64,000 bases of DNA, taken from NCBI GenBank assembly GCA_963821525.1, contig CAWGED010000019.1, positions 448,001-512,000 of the forward strand. The letters run 5' to 3'. The notes under the pieces were generated by a model. The model had not been told where the DNA came from. It saw nothing but the letters and a program-made list of their open reading frames with translations, and made no database searches. The translations under genes and the position numbers were made by a program. Below, piece after piece: positions 34,076 to 45,650 of this stretch (position 1 is its first letter; every line of letters starts with the position of its first letter). Source of the stretch: an uncultured Gemmatimonadales bacterium (GTDB lineage: Bacteria; Gemmatimonadota; Gemmatimonadetes; Gemmatimonadales; GWC2-71-9).

Positions 34076-35962
34076 ATGACTGTTCTCAGTGAGCCGCGCG
34101 CGGCTGTGCCGGAGTTGAATGCACCTTCCTGGGTCACCAATCAGCGACTGCGGGAATGGGTCGCGGAAGTCGCCGCCCTCACCCAGCCCGATCGAATTCA
34201 CTGGTGCGACGGCTCGCCCGCCGAAAACCAGGCCCTGCTGGACCAGATGGTGGCGGCAGGAACCCTGAAGCGGCTCAATCCCGCCAAGCGTCCCAATAGC
34301 TACCTCGCCCTCTCCGATCCCGGTGATGTCGCCCGGGTCGAGGATCGGACCTTCATCTGCAGCCAGCGGCGGCAGGACGCCGGCCCCACCAACAATTGGG
34401 TGGACCCGCGCGAGATGCGCGTCACCATGAAGCGGGTCTTCACCGGCTGCATGCGGGGCCGGACCATGTACGTGGTCCCGTTCAGCATGGGGCCGCTGGG
34501 ATCGCCGCTGGCACAGGTCGGTGTCGAGCTGACCGATTCTCCCTACGTCGTCGTCAGCATGCGGATCATGACCCGCATGGGCCGGCGCGCGCTCGAGGTG
34601 CTGGGCGATGGAGAGTTCGTCCCCTGCGTCCACTCAGTGGGGGCGCCGTTGGCTCCCGGTGATCGGGACGTGGCGTGGCCCTGTAATCCGGATGAGAAGT
34701 ACATCGTGCACTTCCCGGAGGAGCGCGCGATCTGGTCCTTCGGCAGCGGATACGGCGGCAACGCGCTGCTCGGCAAGAAGTGTTTCGCGCTGCGGATCGC
34801 ATCGGTGATGGCGCGGGACGAGGGCTGGATGGCCGAGCATATGCTGATCCTCGGACTCAAGAGTCCCGAAGGAGATAAGCGCTACGTCGCTGCGGGATTC
34901 CCCAGCGCCTGCGGCAAGACCAACTTGGCGATGCTGTTGCCGCCCAAGGGTTGTGAGGCGTGGACCGTCACCACCGTGGGAGACGACATCGCGTGGATCC
35001 GGCCCGGACCGGACGGCCGACTGCAGGCGATTAATCCCGAAGCGGGATTCTTCGGAGTGGCGCCCGGCACATCGGAGAAATCCAATCCGACCGCGATGGC
35101 CACGATCAAGTCCAATACCATCTTCACCAACGTCGCGCTCACGCCAGATGGGGACGTGTGGTGGGAGGGGATGACGCATGAGCCGCCGCCCGAGCTGACC
35201 GACTGGCAGGGGCAGCACTGGACTCCCGCCTCGGGCCGGAAGGCGGCGCACCCCAACGCGAGATTCACCGCCCCGGCGTCGCAGTGCCCCTCGATGGATC
35301 CGGCCTGGGAAGATCCCGCGGGCGTACCGATCAGCGCCTTCATTTTCGGTGGGCGGCGCGCGACGCTGGTTCCGCTGGTCTACCAGGCGGTGAACTGGAA
35401 CTTCGGCGTCTACCTCGCGGCGACGATCGGCTCCGAGACCACGGCCGCCGCTACCGGTGCCGTGGGCCAGGTCCGGCGGGACCCCATGTCGATGCTGCCG
35501 TTCTGTGGCTATCACATGGGCGACTACTTCAACCACTGGCTGCAGTTCGGCCGGAAGATCGCCGATCCGCCGCGGATCTTCTGCGTCAACTGGTTCCGGA
35601 AGGACGCGGACGGCGAGTTCATCTGGCCGGGATACAGCCAGAACCTTCGAGTCCTCAAGTGGATCTTCAACCGGGTCCGCGGGAAAGCCGGCGCCACTGA
35701 AAGCCCGCTCGGCTGGATGCCGCGCTACGAGGACCTCGACTGGAAGGGCCTCGACAATTTCGGGCCCGAGACTTTCCGCGACCTCATGTCGGTCCCACGC
35801 GAAGCGTGGAAGACCGAGATCATGTCCCACCAGGAGCTGTTCGAACGGCTCTACGATCGGATTCCCAAGGAATTCATTCTCATGCGGGAGCTGATCCTCT
35901 CCAGCCTCTGGCGCTCGCCCGAGGAATGGAAGCTGGCGCACGAGACGGACGCGGACGATTGA
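34076..35962 (+). CDS. pckG: Phosphoenolpyruvate carboxykinase (GTP)
   Basis: [53 protein letters not shown]. Confidence 0.97.
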   Translation: MTVLSEPRAAVPELNAPSWVTNQRLREWVAEVAALTQPDRIHWCDGSPAENQALLDQMVAAGTLKRLNPAKRPNSYLALSDPGDVARVEDRTFICSQRRQDAGPTNNWVDPREMRVTMKRVFTGCMRGRTMYVVPFSMGPLGSPLAQVGVELTDSPYVVVSMRIMTRMGRRALEVLGDGEFVPCVHSVGAPLAPGDRDVAWPCNPDEKYIVHFPEERAIWSFGSGYGGNALLGKKCFALRIASVMARDEGWMAEHMLILGLKSPEGDKRYVAAGFPSACGKTNLAMLLPPKGCEAWTVTTVGDDIAWIRPGPDGRLQAINPEAGFFGVAPGTSEKSNPTAMATIKSNTIFTNVALTPDGDVWWEGMTHEPPPELTDWQGQHWTPASGRKAAHPNARFTAPASQCPSMDPAWEDPAGVPISAFIFGGRRATLVPLVYQAVNWNFGVYLAATIGSETTAAATGAVGQVRRDPMSMLPFCGYHMGDYFNHWLQFGRKIADPPRIFCVNWFRKDADGEFIWPGYSQNLRVLKWIFNRVRGKAGATESPLGWMPRYEDLDWKGLDNFGPETFRDLMSVPREAWKTEIMSHQELFERLYDRIPKEFILMRELILSSLWRSPEEWKLAHETDADD

Positions 35963-36062
35963 GATTGCAGATTGATGATTGCAGATTGATGATTGAAAGC
36001 TGATTCCGGGACGCTACGATGCAGTTCAATCATCAATCAGCAATCGGCAATCGGCAATCGAA
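35957..36062. repeat. Inverted heptamer tandem repeat (GATTGCA/GATTGAT)n ... (CAATCGG/CAATCAT)n
   Basis: Left arm 35957-35998 includes the pckG stop; right arm 36025-36060 abuts the HD gene ATG. Confidence 0.85.
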
Positions 36063-37337
36063 ATGACCGAGTACGAGGTCGTCCGCGACCCTCTCTGGGA
36101 CAACATCCGCATCGACGCCGCCGCGCTGGACGTCCTCGACACCCCGGCGATGCAGCGGTTGCGCTACGTCAGGCAACTCGGTCATGCCTTCCTGGTCTAC
36201 CCCGGCGCTACCCACACCCGATTCGAACACGCGTTAGGCGCCTACCACCTCACCCGCCGGGCTCTTGCCAACCTGAACGAGCGAGGGGAACTGGCCCAGC
36301 TGGATGAGTCGCAGCGCATGGCGGCGCGCCTGGCGGCACTCACCCACGACATCGGCCACTATCCCTTCTCCCATACGCTCGAGGAGGCGGGATTCCCCAA
36401 GCACGAGCAGCTGGGCGTGGCCAAGCTGGGCCACGGCGAGTTGGGCGTGCTGCTGCAGCGGCTGGGTGGCAACGAACTGGTGAGCGCCATCGGACAGCTG
36501 ATCACGGGGCAGAGCCAGTCGCCGCTCAAGGGACTCATTTCCGGATCGTTGGACCTCGACAAGATCGACTATCTCAGTCGCGATGCGCGGATGTGCGGCG
36601 TGCCGTACGGCGCGGTGGACGTGGACCGGCTGCTGGCCTCACTCGCGCTGGTGGAGACCGAGCGGGGACGAATCGAAGTGGGAGTGCTGGAAAAAGGGAT
36701 CAGTGCGGTGGAGTCGCTGCTCTTCGCCAAGTACCAGATGTACCGCAACGTCTACTGGCACCACGCGGTGCGGAGTGCCACCTGCATGTTCAAGCGGGCG
36801 GTACGGGCCGCCGAATGCAGCGGCGGACTCAGCCGCGACACCATCGCCGAGGCTACTGACGATGGCCTCACCGAGAAGCTACTGGCAACCGACCCGACCG
36901 GTCTCGCGCGCGCGGTGCACCGGCGGCGACTCTACAAGCGTTCGCTCGACATTCCCGCGAGCGAGGTGCCCGTCGAAGCCGAGCCCTGGATTCGGGAGCG
37001 GCCGGACCTGCTCGAGCAGGTCGAGAACCGGCTCGCGAAAGAGACCGGCCTCGCTCCCGGAGAACTCCTGCTCGATTTCCCCAGCAACCCTTCCATGCTG
37101 GCGATAGACCTTCCACTGCGGAACCGCAACGGTGCCGTGGAACGACTCACTGGAGTGGGGAGAGAGGGACAATTCGGGTTACCGCGCGTCGCGGACGAAT
37201 TGTATCGCAGCGCCCGGCGACTCAGGGTGTTCACCGCCCGCCCACCTGCCGGGGGCTTCGACCGGGTGAGCAGCCTGGTGGCCGCGCCGGTCAGCGATGT
37301 CGAGAAATGGCTGTCTGGAGGTGGGTGGCCTGGCTAG
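36063..37337 (+). CDS. HD-domain phosphohydrolase (YdhJ/SAMHD1-like dNTPase family)
   Basis: RDPLW, QRLRYVRQLG, YPGATHTRFEH, HDIGHYPFSH, DKIDYL.RD, VYWH. Confidence 0.92.
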   Translation: MTEYEVVRDPLWDNIRIDAAALDVLDTPAMQRLRYVRQLGHAFLVYPGATHTRFEHALGAYHLTRRALANLNERGELAQLDESQRMAARLAALTHDIGHYPFSHTLEEAGFPKHEQLGVAKLGHGELGVLLQRLGGNELVSAIGQLITGQSQSPLKGLISGSLDLDKIDYLSRDARMCGVPYGAVDVDRLLASLALVETERGRIEVGVLEKGISAVESLLFAKYQMYRNVYWHHAVRSATCMFKRAVRAAECSGGLSRDTIAEATDDGLTEKLLATDPTGLARAVHRRRLYKRSLDIPASEVPVEAEPWIRERPDLLEQVENRLAKETGLAPGELLLDFPSNPSMLAIDLPLRNRNGAVERLTGVGREGQFGLPRVADELYRSARRLRVFTARPPAGGFDRVSSLVAAPVSDVEKWLSGGGWPG

Positions 37338-38119
37338 GAGCCAGGACGGATGGCCTTGGTCGGCTGGGTGACGTCGGCATCCGGGGTCCCGTCTGGTTCG
37401 ATCCGGATCACGATGGCCGTGATGTTGTCGAGCCCTCCCCGGCGGTTGGCCTCGCTAATCATCCGATCCACCCAAAGCTGGGGCCCGCCCTCGCCGGAGA
37501 GAATGGCGTGAAGCTGTTCGTCTTCCAGCATGCCGGTGAGACCATCCGACGCCAGTAGCAGCACGTCTCCCACCCGCAGTCCCCCGAAATACACGTCGGG
37601 TACCACGTCCGCGTTCGCTCCGATGCAACGGGTAATCACGTTGCTATAGGGATGTACCCGGGCTTGCTCCTGAGTCAGCAGGCCGAGGTCCACCTGCTCC
37701 TGGACGTAGGAATGATCCTTGGTGACTTGGAGAAAGTGGTCATTGCGAAGCATGTAGGCCCGGGAGTCGCCTACCTGTCCGATGAGAAATCGCCGGGGTA
37801 GGAGTATGAGCGCCGTGGTTGTGGTGCCCATTCCCCGCTTGTCGTGCTCGGTAAGCGTGCGGTCGAAGATCGCGCTGTTGGCGTTGATTATCGCCGTGCG
37901 CATCCGCTCGCCAGCCTGCTCGTCGCTGAGTCCGCGAAGGCTACCCAGCTCGCGGGAGATGATCCGTACCGCCATCTCGCTGGCGACTTCGCCCGCGGCG
38001 TGGCCCCCCATCCCGTCCGCCACGATGAATACCCCGCGGTCGGAAAGCATGAGGTAGTTATCCTCGTTGCCGGAGCGGACGATTCCGGTGTCGGTGCGCG
38101 CAGCGCAAGTGAAACGCAC
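37334..38119 (-). CDS. PP2C-type Ser/Thr phosphatase (Stp1/PrpC)
   Basis: RSGNED, VADGMGGHAAGEVAS, GMGTT, GDSRAY, SDGL, GGLDNIT. Confidence 0.95.
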   Translation of the reverse strand: MRFTCAARTDTGIVRSGNEDNYLMLSDRGVFIVADGMGGHAAGEVASEMAVRIISRELGSLRGLSDEQAGERMRTAIINANSAIFDRTLTEHDKRGMGTTTTALILLPRRFLIGQVGDSRAYMLRNDHFLQVTKDHSYVQEQVDLGLLTQEQARVHPYSNVITRCIGANADVVPDVYFGGLRVGDVLLLASDGLTGMLEDEQLHAILSGEGGPQLWVDRMISEANRRGGLDNITAIVIRIEPDGTPDADVTQPTKAIRPGS

Positions 38120-38128
38120 GTCGGGTCG

Positions 38129-39703
38129 TTACTTGAGCAGGAGGAAGGCAGCTACAGCCGCCAGGATAACCACGATGGCCACGGGAACGAGCCACCCAGG
38201 GAAGTCACTCGATCGATGAGAGGACACCACTACCGGTCGCCGCAGCGGCGGCTTGGAAGCCGGGACCAGCGGCTCGGCCGGGGCGGAGCGCTCGGGAGCC
38301 ATCTGCGGCACAGGAGGCGGGGCGGCCGGAACCTGGATCGCCGGAACCTGGATCGCGCCCATGATCTTGGTTCCTGATCCTTTCTTCACATCGCCCGAGT
38401 CGGTCGGCTCGAACATTACGGCGGTCTCCCCGAAACGGATGAGCGCGCCGGGACTCAGGACGATCTCACCCGAGAGCCGCTCTCCATCCACGAAGGTGCC
38501 GTTGGTCGAGCCGTTGTCGGACAGCACCCAGATTTCTTCACGCCGTTGCAGCTTGGCGTGCATGGTGCTCACGCTCTCGTCGGGGATGACGATGTCGTTG
38601 TACTCCGCCCGCCCGATGTTGACGACCGGCACCTTCACCTGAAGCCGGTTTCCCTTGAGCGAACCGCTCCGCACCAGGAAGGTGGCGAGGACAGATCCGG
38701 GGGCAGTCCTCGGTACGGGAGCCGCCCGCGGAATATTGGGCATCGGCGTAACCGGGATCCCGTGCATGGTTTCCGATAGCCGATGCATCGCGCTGTCGGG
38801 CGCGAGAGCCTGCGCGGGCGGCGGCGCTACAGGAGCCGGTGCGGGCGGCGCTACGGCAGCGGGAGCCGGCGGGGGTGGCGCAGGTGGCGGAGCCGGCGCG
38901 GCTGCAGCAGGAGCAGGAGATGCAACCGGTGGCGGAGGCTGCGCCGGTGCGGGCGATATCGGCGTACGCGCGATCACTGGAGGTTCAGCCTGGGCCGCCG
39001 GTAACGGGGGAGCTTCCCTTGGAGCCCTGCCCTCTTCCGGCTTCTCCGCCGCGAGATCGGCATAGAACCGAAACTCATGATCTCCAACCCGCACCACATC
39101 CGCCCGGGCGAGAACCCGCTGCATCTCGATACGCTCTCCGTTGACGAAGGTCCCGTTGGTGCTGCTGTCCACCACTACATAGCCCTGAGGAGTCGCCATG
39201 ATCTCGGCGTGGCGGCGAGAGACATCCTTATTTGGCACGACGATGTCGCAGCCTGCCTCACGACCGAAAACCATCGGAGCGGAGCCGATGGTGTACTCCC
39301 GGCCGTCGGTCAGACAGACGAGACGCCCGCCGGTTGCCGCAGTGGCCGGTTTTGGGGCGCCCGACTTGAACTGCCCCGCCATCTTGGCCACGTCGCTTGT
39401 ACTGACGAACTGGGTACTGCCGCTGCGGCGGGGATCGGTCACCAGTAATTCGTGGGGGCCGACCTGGAGCTTGTCTCCATGAAGGATGGGAGCCGGCTCG
39501 GCTCCCAGTTTGACTCCGTTCAACAGAACTTCCGCCTCGGGAGACCCCGGCCGAACCGAGGCCGCCCCTTCGGGGGTGCCTTGAATAAGAACATGGCGAG
39601 GCTGGACCTCGGACAGGAAAAGCGCGGCTGTAGGCTCGGAACCAACGAACGACTCTCCGGCGGGGATAGGGTATCGCTGCCCACCGAACTCGAGTTCAAG
39701 CAT
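38129..39703 (-). CDS. Membrane-anchored multi-FHA-domain protein
   Basis: Two canonical FHA domains (GR...SRRH...STNGT; GR...STMH...STNGT) plus a degenerate N-terminal FHA; Pro/Ala linker; C-terminal TM. Confidence 0.9.
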   Translation of the reverse strand: MLELEFGGQRYPIPAGESFVGSEPTAALFLSEVQPRHVLIQGTPEGAASVRPGSPEAEVLLNGVKLGAEPAPILHGDKLQVGPHELLVTDPRRSGSTQFVSTSDVAKMAGQFKSGAPKPATAATGGRLVCLTDGREYTIGSAPMVFGREAGCDIVVPNKDVSRRHAEIMATPQGYVVVDSSTNGTFVNGERIEMQRVLARADVVRVGDHEFRFYADLAAEKPEEGRAPREAPPLPAAQAEPPVIARTPISPAPAQPPPPVASPAPAAAAPAPPPAPPPPAPAAVAPPAPAPVAPPPAQALAPDSAMHRLSETMHGIPVTPMPNIPRAAPVPRTAPGSVLATFLVRSGSLKGNRLQVKVPVVNIGRAEYNDIVIPDESVSTMHAKLQRREEIWVLSDNGSTNGTFVDGERLSGEIVLSPGALIRFGETAVMFEPTDSGDVKKGSGTKIMGAIQVPAIQVPAAPPPVPQMAPERSAPAEPLVPASKPPLRRPVVVSSHRSSDFPGWLVPVAIVVILAAVAAFLLLK

Positions 39704-39775
39704 TGACCGATTCCTGTCGAAAAACGCGGTTTGTGAAGCTACCCGGCACGATGTAACCGCGCAAGCAATCGAACG

Positions 39776-41659
39776 TTAGACCCCGACTCGGTGTTCGCGA
39801 GTCGGACCCCTGAGCTGGAGCCGGTAGAGCCGTTCGTACAGCCCTTTTCGGGCCAGAAGCTCCCGGTGGGACCCCCGCTCGGCAACTTCCCCGTAATGCA
39901 GCACCAAAATCTCGTTGGCATGAAGAATCGTGCTGAGCCGGTGGGCCACGACGAGAGTCGTCCTGCCTCTCATCAGCTCGGCCAGCGCGGCCTGGATCTG
40001 AGCCTCCGCCTCGGCGTCCACCGAGCTCGTCGCTTCGTCGAGGACGAGGATCCTCGGGTCACGGGCGAGTGCACGGGCGAAGCTCAGCAGCTGCCGTTCA
40101 CCGACGCTCAGGTTCCGGCCTCGCTCGCCCAGGATGTGAGCGTAGGTGTCCGGCAGGCGATTGATGAACCGGTCTGCCCCAACTCGGGCGGCAGCTTCAT
40201 GCGCCCGCTCGGCAGAGATCGGCGCATCCAGCGTCAGGTTGTGCAGAATGTCGCCGGTAAACAGAAACAGATCCTGCTGCACGAATCCCACCAGCTCCCG
40301 CAGTTGAGCCAGCGGCAACTCGCGAAGATCCACGCCGTCGAGTGTAATCCGCCCCCGCTGCGGATCGTAAAACCGGAGCAGCAAGCTGATGATCGTGGTC
40401 TTCCCCGCCCCGGTGTGCCCGACGATGGCGAGCGTCTGATCCGGACTAGCGGTGAAGCTGACGCCCTTGAGGACCCAGTTATCGGAGGGGTTCCGAGTTC
40501 CGTGTTCCGTGTCTGGCTGTTCGGTGGTGTCGCTGTCCGCTCCGAATTCCGAACTCGAAACTGCTTCCGAGCCGTACCGGAACCACACGTCTTCGAACAC
40601 CACCTCGCCGCGGACCGGACGAGCAAGCCGCTTCGGATGGGCCGGCTCGAGCACTGTCGGCTGAGTGTCCATCAGGCGGAAGATCCGCTCAGACGACGCC
40701 ATCGCGCTCTGCAGCAGGTTGTATTTCTCGGCCAGGTCTTGGAGCGGCTGGAAGAAACGCCGGGTGAGCTGGATGAAGGCGGCGAGGATGCCTACGGTCA
40801 GAGTCTGGTCCAGCACGCGAAGGCCGCCGTACCAGAGCAGGGCGCCGAGTGCCACCGAGCCGAGAAACTCCACCGCCGGAAAGAACAGAGCGTAAACGGT
40901 GATCGATCGCAAGTGAGCGGAGAGGTGTTCCTTGTTGATGACGGCGAACTGGCGCGCGGTGACCTCTTCCCGGCCGAACAACTGCACCACCCGCATTCCC
41001 GAGAGATGCTCCTGCAGGAAGCCGTTGATGCGCGCGACCCGGATTCGGATGTCGCGGAACGCCTCTCGCACGCTGCGGCGGAAAACCGCGGCAACGAGCA
41101 GCATGAGCGGGATGACCGCGAAGGCTACCAGAGCGAGACGCCAGTCCACCACCAGCATCATCGTCATGATGGCGATGAGAGTGAACACGTCGCCGAACAC
41201 GGTCACGAGTCCGGAGGAGAACAGCTCGTTGAGCGTCTCGACGTCGGAGGTGATCCGGGTCATCAGCCGGCCGACCGGGTTCCGGTCGAAGTAGGAAATG
41301 CTGAGGCCCTGTAGGTGGGTGAACAGCTCGAGCCGGAGATCGCTCATCACCCGCTGGCCGATCCACGCGGTGAGCAGCGTTTGCCCGTAGTCCAGTGCGA
41401 ACTCGAGAAGCAGGGCGAGCACGAACGTCCCCGCGAGGGTGCCCAGCAGCGCCACATCGCGATGGGGCACGGCGACATCGAGCGCGCGCTGGGTGAGCGC
41501 CGGACCTACCAGGGCGAGAACTGCCCCGGCCAGCAGCATCAGCACAGCCACGAGCGCGCGACCGCGATAGGGCCGGAGATAATGCAGCAGCCGCCGCATC
41601 AGCGCCGCGTCGTAGTGGCGCTCCTGGGCCTCTTCGAACAGTTCCGGTGCTGCGGTCAC
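39776..41659 (-). CDS. ABC exporter (fused TMD + NBD, MdlB/MsbA-like)
   Basis: GHTGAGKTT, LSVGERQL, LDEATSSVD, AHRLST. Confidence 0.95.
   Translation of the reverse strand: MTAAPELFEEAQERHYDAALMRRLLHYLRPYRGRALVAVLMLLAGAVLALVGPALTQRALDVAVPHRDVALLGTLAGTFVLALLLEFALDYGQTLLTAWIGQRVMSDLRLELFTHLQGLSISYFDRNPVGRLMTRITSDVETLNELFSSGLVTVFGDVFTLIAIMTMMLVVDWRLALVAFAVIPLMLLVAAVFRRSVREAFRDIRIRVARINGFLQEHLSGMRVVQLFGREEVTARQFAVINKEHLSAHLRSITVYALFFPAVEFLGSVALGALLWYGGLRVLDQTLTVGILAAFIQLTRRFFQPLQDLAEKYNLLQSAMASSERIFRLMDTQPTVLEPAHPKRLARPVRGEVVFEDVWFRYGSEAVSSSEFGADSDTTEQPDTEHGTRNPSDNWVLKGVSFTASPDQTLAIVGHTGAGKTTIISLLLRFYDPQRGRITLDGVDLRELPLAQLRELVGFVQQDLFLFTGDILHNLTLDAPISAERAHEAAARVGADRFINRLPDTYAHILGERGRNLSVGERQLLSFARALARDPRILVLDEATSSVDAEAEAQIQAALAELMRGRTTLVVAHRLSTILHANEILVLHYGEVAERGSHRELLARKGLYERLYRLQLRGPTREHRVGV
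40490..40563. repeat. Degenerate inverted heptamer repeat (GTTCCGA/GTTCCGT ... CCGAACT) inserted in-frame in the ABC NBD
   Basis: Same unit family as 21679-21766; encodes VSSSEFG...TEHGTRNP. Confidence 0.7.
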
Positions 41660-41668
41660 GGCTCCCGT

Positions 41669-42760
41669 CTAACCCGCGCCCGCAGGGAGCGCCTCCTCCT
41701 CGGCTAGTTCATCGGCGCCCTTCAGACGATGCCGGACCCAGCTGGAGAAGACAACGAAACCGAACGCGAGCGTGTAATAACTGAGGGTCGAGCGCCAGAT
41801 CAGGGTGTACAGTGGGGTGAGTTCCTTGGGCAGATAGACCGAAGCCATCACCGCAGTCGATAGAATCTCGGCGATACCGGAGGCGCCCGGCGTGGGCGCG
41901 AAATAGAGCAGAAAGGTGATGAACGTCTGCACCAGCAGCACATCCACGAAGTTCGCGTGCACGCCCACCGCGCGAAGCGCCACGTAACCGGCCAGCAGCT
42001 TGTTGGCGTGCGAAGGAGCGGACAGGAGCACCGCCCAGAACAGCGAGAGCCATCCGCTGGGGCTGTTGAATGCGAGGACGCTCCGGTGGGCGTCGTCGAT
42101 GCCCTGCTGCAGCGCCTCGAGCCGGTGGGCGAAGCGCTCGCTCTTCCGGCTGATCTTCACCGAGACCCAATGGAGGAAATCCCTGACGTAACGCGGAAAG
42201 ATGATCGCGGCCACCAACACACACCCGATGGTCACGAACATCCCCAGGCTGCCGAGGAACATCTGGTAGAGCGAGAGGCCCAGGACGTTGCCGTGCTGCC
42301 CCAGCGATCTGCCGGCACCGGCCACGATCGCGAGGGGTCCGGCAATCGCGAAGAAGAGCACCGTCGCGATGAACGTCATGAGCGTCGAGGTGACGGCCAC
42401 CGGCAGCGGCACTCCGGCCCGACGCATGGCGTACATCGTCATCGGCCCGGCGCCGGAATTGAACGGGGTCAGGTAGGCGGCCCAGGCTCCCATTCCGCCG
42501 GCGAGAATCATCCCGATGAGCGGGGGGTTGGGGTGCACATGACGGACCACGACCCAATTGCGAAGCCCGCCGCCAATCCAGTCCATCGACGCGAGACCCA
42601 CGCCTACCAGTATCCAGATCCAGTGCACTTCCCCCAGCGCGTGGACAAACGCCGGCAGGTTGTTGCCGTAGATCAGGACGGCGACAAAACCAAGCAGCGA
42701 TATGCCAACGAAAACGACGAAACCGCGAAGGAGGATCCGGGGCGATAGGACATTGGCCAT
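41669..42760 (-). CDS. Lysylphosphatidylglycerol-synthase TM / flippase-like (UPF0104) membrane protein
   Basis: LTPFNSGAGP, PTPGASGIAE, LIWR..SYY; polytopic hydrophobic pattern. Confidence 0.85.
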   Translation of the reverse strand: MANVLSPRILLRGFVVFVGISLLGFVAVLIYGNNLPAFVHALGEVHWIWILVGVGLASMDWIGGGLRNWVVVRHVHPNPPLIGMILAGGMGAWAAYLTPFNSGAGPMTMYAMRRAGVPLPVAVTSTLMTFIATVLFFAIAGPLAIVAGAGRSLGQHGNVLGLSLYQMFLGSLGMFVTIGCVLVAAIIFPRYVRDFLHWVSVKISRKSERFAHRLEALQQGIDDAHRSVLAFNSPSGWLSLFWAVLLSAPSHANKLLAGYVALRAVGVHANFVDVLLVQTFITFLLYFAPTPGASGIAEILSTAVMASVYLPKELTPLYTLIWRSTLSYYTLAFGFVVFSSWVRHRLKGADELAEEEALPAGAG

Positions 42761-42812
42761 GGACCCGGAAAGTTACCCCGGGGGGGCGGGAGAAGGGAGA
42801 CTACTATTAGGT

Positions 42813-45650
42813 ATGGCCGAACCCGTCATCCGCATCGTCAACGCCAGACAGCACAATCTCCGTGGCCTCACCGTGGATCTGCCACGGCGACGACTGATTG
42901 TGATTACCGGGCCGTCAGGCTCGGGCAAGAGTTCTCTCGCGTTCGACACGCTCTATGCCGAAGGGCAGCGCCGCTACATCGAATCGCTTTCGACCTACGC
43001 CAAGCAGTTCCTGGAGCGGATGCCCAAGCCGCAGGTGGACCGGCTGGAAGGGTTGGCACCGGCGGTCGCAATCGAGCAGCGCAATCCGACGGTTTCCAGT
43101 CGTTCGACGGTGGGCACCGCCACCGAGATCTACGATTACTTGCGCCTCCTCTGGGCCCGGGTGGGCCGCCAGCGCTGCCGGAAGTGCGGCGCCCCGGTCC
43201 GCCGCGACACGCCGCAGTCGGCGACCGAGGAGACACTGAACCAGATCAGCGGACCGGTACAGGTCGCATTTCCGCTCCCCGAATCGGCTCGTCACAGCCA
43301 CGCGGCCATCGTCGAGAACCTGCGCGCGCTGGGCTTCATCCGTCTCCTGGGGGACGGTGTTGAGTATCACCTCGACGCGCTGCCGCCGACTGTCGACCTG
43401 ACCCAATGCGCCGAGTTGCTGATCGTGGTGGATCGCCTGATGCTGCAGGGATCCGGAGGGGAGACTTCATCTCCGTCGAATGCCCGTCTCACCGGTGCCA
43501 TCGAAACCGCCTTCGGCGAGGGGGAAGGCATCGCACTGGTTCTCCATGGGGATGGGCGGCTCCGCTTCACCGAGCATCCGGCGTGCAGTCGCTGTGATAC
43601 GCCGGCCGCCACGGTTACCCCGGCTCTCTTCTCCTTCAACAACCCGCGGGGCGCGTGCGGTGGCTGCAACGGCTTCGGCGCGGTGCTGGAGTACGACGCG
43701 TCGCTGGTCGTCCCCGATACGTCGCTGAGCTTGAGCCAGGGGGCGATCAATCCGTGGACCAAGCCCCGCTACGAGACTCGACGCCGCCTCTTGCTCAACA
43801 CGGCCCGCTCGCTTGGTATCGACCCCGACAAACCGTGGCGCTCGCTCAAGCCGAACCAGAAGCGCGAGCTGCTCTATGGAAAGCACGGCCGCTACATCGG
43901 GATCTTTCCTTTCCTCAAGGGTCTGGAGCAGAAGCGCTATAAGCAGTACATCCGGGTCTTCCTCCGGCAGTATCAGCTCGCCCACACCTGCCCGGTCTGT
44001 CACGGCAGCCGGCTCAACGAACAGGCGCTCAGCGTCGAAATAGACGGTGCGGTGATCTCCAGTGTCAGCGCCAAGCCGGTGGACGAGCTTGCCACCTGGC
44101 TCGGAGCCCTGTCCCTCTCCGACTTCGAGCGGGAGATCGCCCACCTGATTCTGGACCAGCTGCAGCGACGGATCGGCTATCTACTAGACGTAGGACTCGG
44201 CTACCTGACCCTCGATCGGCTTACCCGAACGCTCTCGGGCGGGGAAGCCCAGCGGATCGCGCTCGCCAACGCGCTGGGCTCCAACCTGGTGGACGCGCTC
44301 TATGTCCTCGATGAACCCTCGATCGGCTTGCACCCGCGAGACATCGACCGGTTGCTCGGACTGCTGCAGCGGCTCCGGGACGCCGGCAACACCGTCATCG
44401 TGGTGGAACACGATCCGGCGGCGATTGCCCGGGCCGATTTCATGCTCGAGCTGGGGCCCGGCGCCGGCGAGAACGGTGGAAGGCTCGTGTATGCCGGACC
44501 ACCGGCAGGCGCCACCGAATCTCTCACCGGGCAGTATTTGTCAGGCCAAAAGCGGATCGGGATTCCCAGCGCGCGACGTCCCTTCGGCTCCTGGCTTCGG
44601 GTCCGAGGCGCCACCCTTCACAACTTGAAGGGCATTGACGTGGATATTCCGATTGGAACTCTCACCGCGGTGACCGGAGTCTCCGGCTCCGGCAAGAGTA
44701 CCCTGGTACATGACGTACTGTACCGGCAGTTGGAAGGACGGCTTCGCGGCGGCCATTCGGCCAAGGCACACCTCGGTGAGCCGGTCGGCAGCGTCGAATC
44801 GTTCATCGGGTGGGAACTGCTGGATGACGTGCTACTGATCGACCAGTCACCCATCGGCCGCACCCCGCGCTCCAACCCGGTCACCTACATCCGAGCGTTC
44901 GATGAGATCCGGGAGCTGTTCGCGGCCCAGCCCGAGTCCCGCATGCGTCGCTACACGCCGGCAACCTTCTCGTTCAACATGCCTGGTGGACGCTGCGAGG
45001 AATGTCAGGGTGCCGGTGCGGTGCAGGTGGAGATGGTCTTCCTGGCCGATGTCTTCATGCCCTGCGAAGTGTGCGGCGGGACCCGGTTCAAGCGAGAAGT
45101 GCTCGAGGTCAAGATCCGCGGACATTCCATCGCGGATGTGCTCGAATTCACGGTGGACGAGGCGATTCTGCGGTTTCGGCATCAGCCGAAGCTGGGACAA
45201 TCCCTCTGGCATCTGCAGCAGGTCGGCCTGGGCTACCTCCGCCTCGGCCAGCCGGCCACCACGCTTTCGGGCGGAGAAGCACAGCGACTCAAGATCGCGC
45301 GCGAGCTGGCCCAATCGGCCAAGCGCGGCGGTCGCAAACTCTACATCCTGGACGAGCCGACGACGGGATTACATCTCGACGATGTCCGGGTGCTCATTCA
45401 GGTACTCGACCGCCTGGTGGACGCCGGTCACACCGTCCTGGTCATCGAGCACCACCTCGACGTGATCAAACGGGCTGACTGGATTATCGATCTGGGACCA
45501 GAGGCGGGAGACCAAGGCGGGCTGGTGGTGGCGCAGGGAACTCCGGAATCAATCCTCGAGGTTGCGGCCTCCCACACAGCGCGATACCTGCGCGAGGTCT
45601 TACGACCCTCGCAGGCCGCAGAGGCGTTCAGGGCTGTAGCGGGAATCTAG
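42813..45650 (+). CDS. uvrA: Excinuclease ABC subunit A
   Basis: [29 protein letters not shown], two LSGGEAQR signatures, Zn fingers. Confidence 0.96.
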   Translation: MAEPVIRIVNARQHNLRGLTVDLPRRRLIVITGPSGSGKSSLAFDTLYAEGQRRYIESLSTYAKQFLERMPKPQVDRLEGLAPAVAIEQRNPTVSSRSTVGTATEIYDYLRLLWARVGRQRCRKCGAPVRRDTPQSATEETLNQISGPVQVAFPLPESARHSHAAIVENLRALGFIRLLGDGVEYHLDALPPTVDLTQCAELLIVVDRLMLQGSGGETSSPSNARLTGAIETAFGEGEGIALVLHGDGRLRFTEHPACSRCDTPAATVTPALFSFNNPRGACGGCNGFGAVLEYDASLVVPDTSLSLSQGAINPWTKPRYETRRRLLLNTARSLGIDPDKPWRSLKPNQKRELLYGKHGRYIGIFPFLKGLEQKRYKQYIRVFLRQYQLAHTCPVCHGSRLNEQALSVEIDGAVISSVSAKPVDELATWLGALSLSDFEREIAHLILDQLQRRIGYLLDVGLGYLTLDRLTRTLSGGEAQRIALANALGSNLVDALYVLDEPSIGLHPRDIDRLLGLLQRLRDAGNTVIVVEHDPAAIARADFMLELGPGAGENGGRLVYAGPPAGATESLTGQYLSGQKRIGIPSARRPFGSWLRVRGATLHNLKGIDVDIPIGTLTAVTGVSGSGKSTLVHDVLYRQLEGRLRGGHSAKAHLGEPVGSVESFIGWELLDDVLLIDQSPIGRTPRSNPVTYIRAFDEIRELFAAQPESRMRRYTPATFSFNMPGGRCEECQGAGAVQVEMVFLADVFMPCEVCGGTRFKREVLEVKIRGHSIADVLEFTVDEAILRFRHQPKLGQSLWHLQQVGLGYLRLGQPATTLSGGEAQRLKIARELAQSAKRGGRKLYILDEPTTGLHLDDVRVLIQVLDRLVDAGHTVLVIEHHLDVIKRADWIIDLGPEAGDQGGLVVAQGTPESILEVAASHTARYLREVLRPSQAAEAFRAVAGI

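Noticed and set aside
38800..38960. GC-rich quasi-repeat in the FHA gene
   Set aside because: Encodes a Pro/Ala linker; protein-level low complexity only
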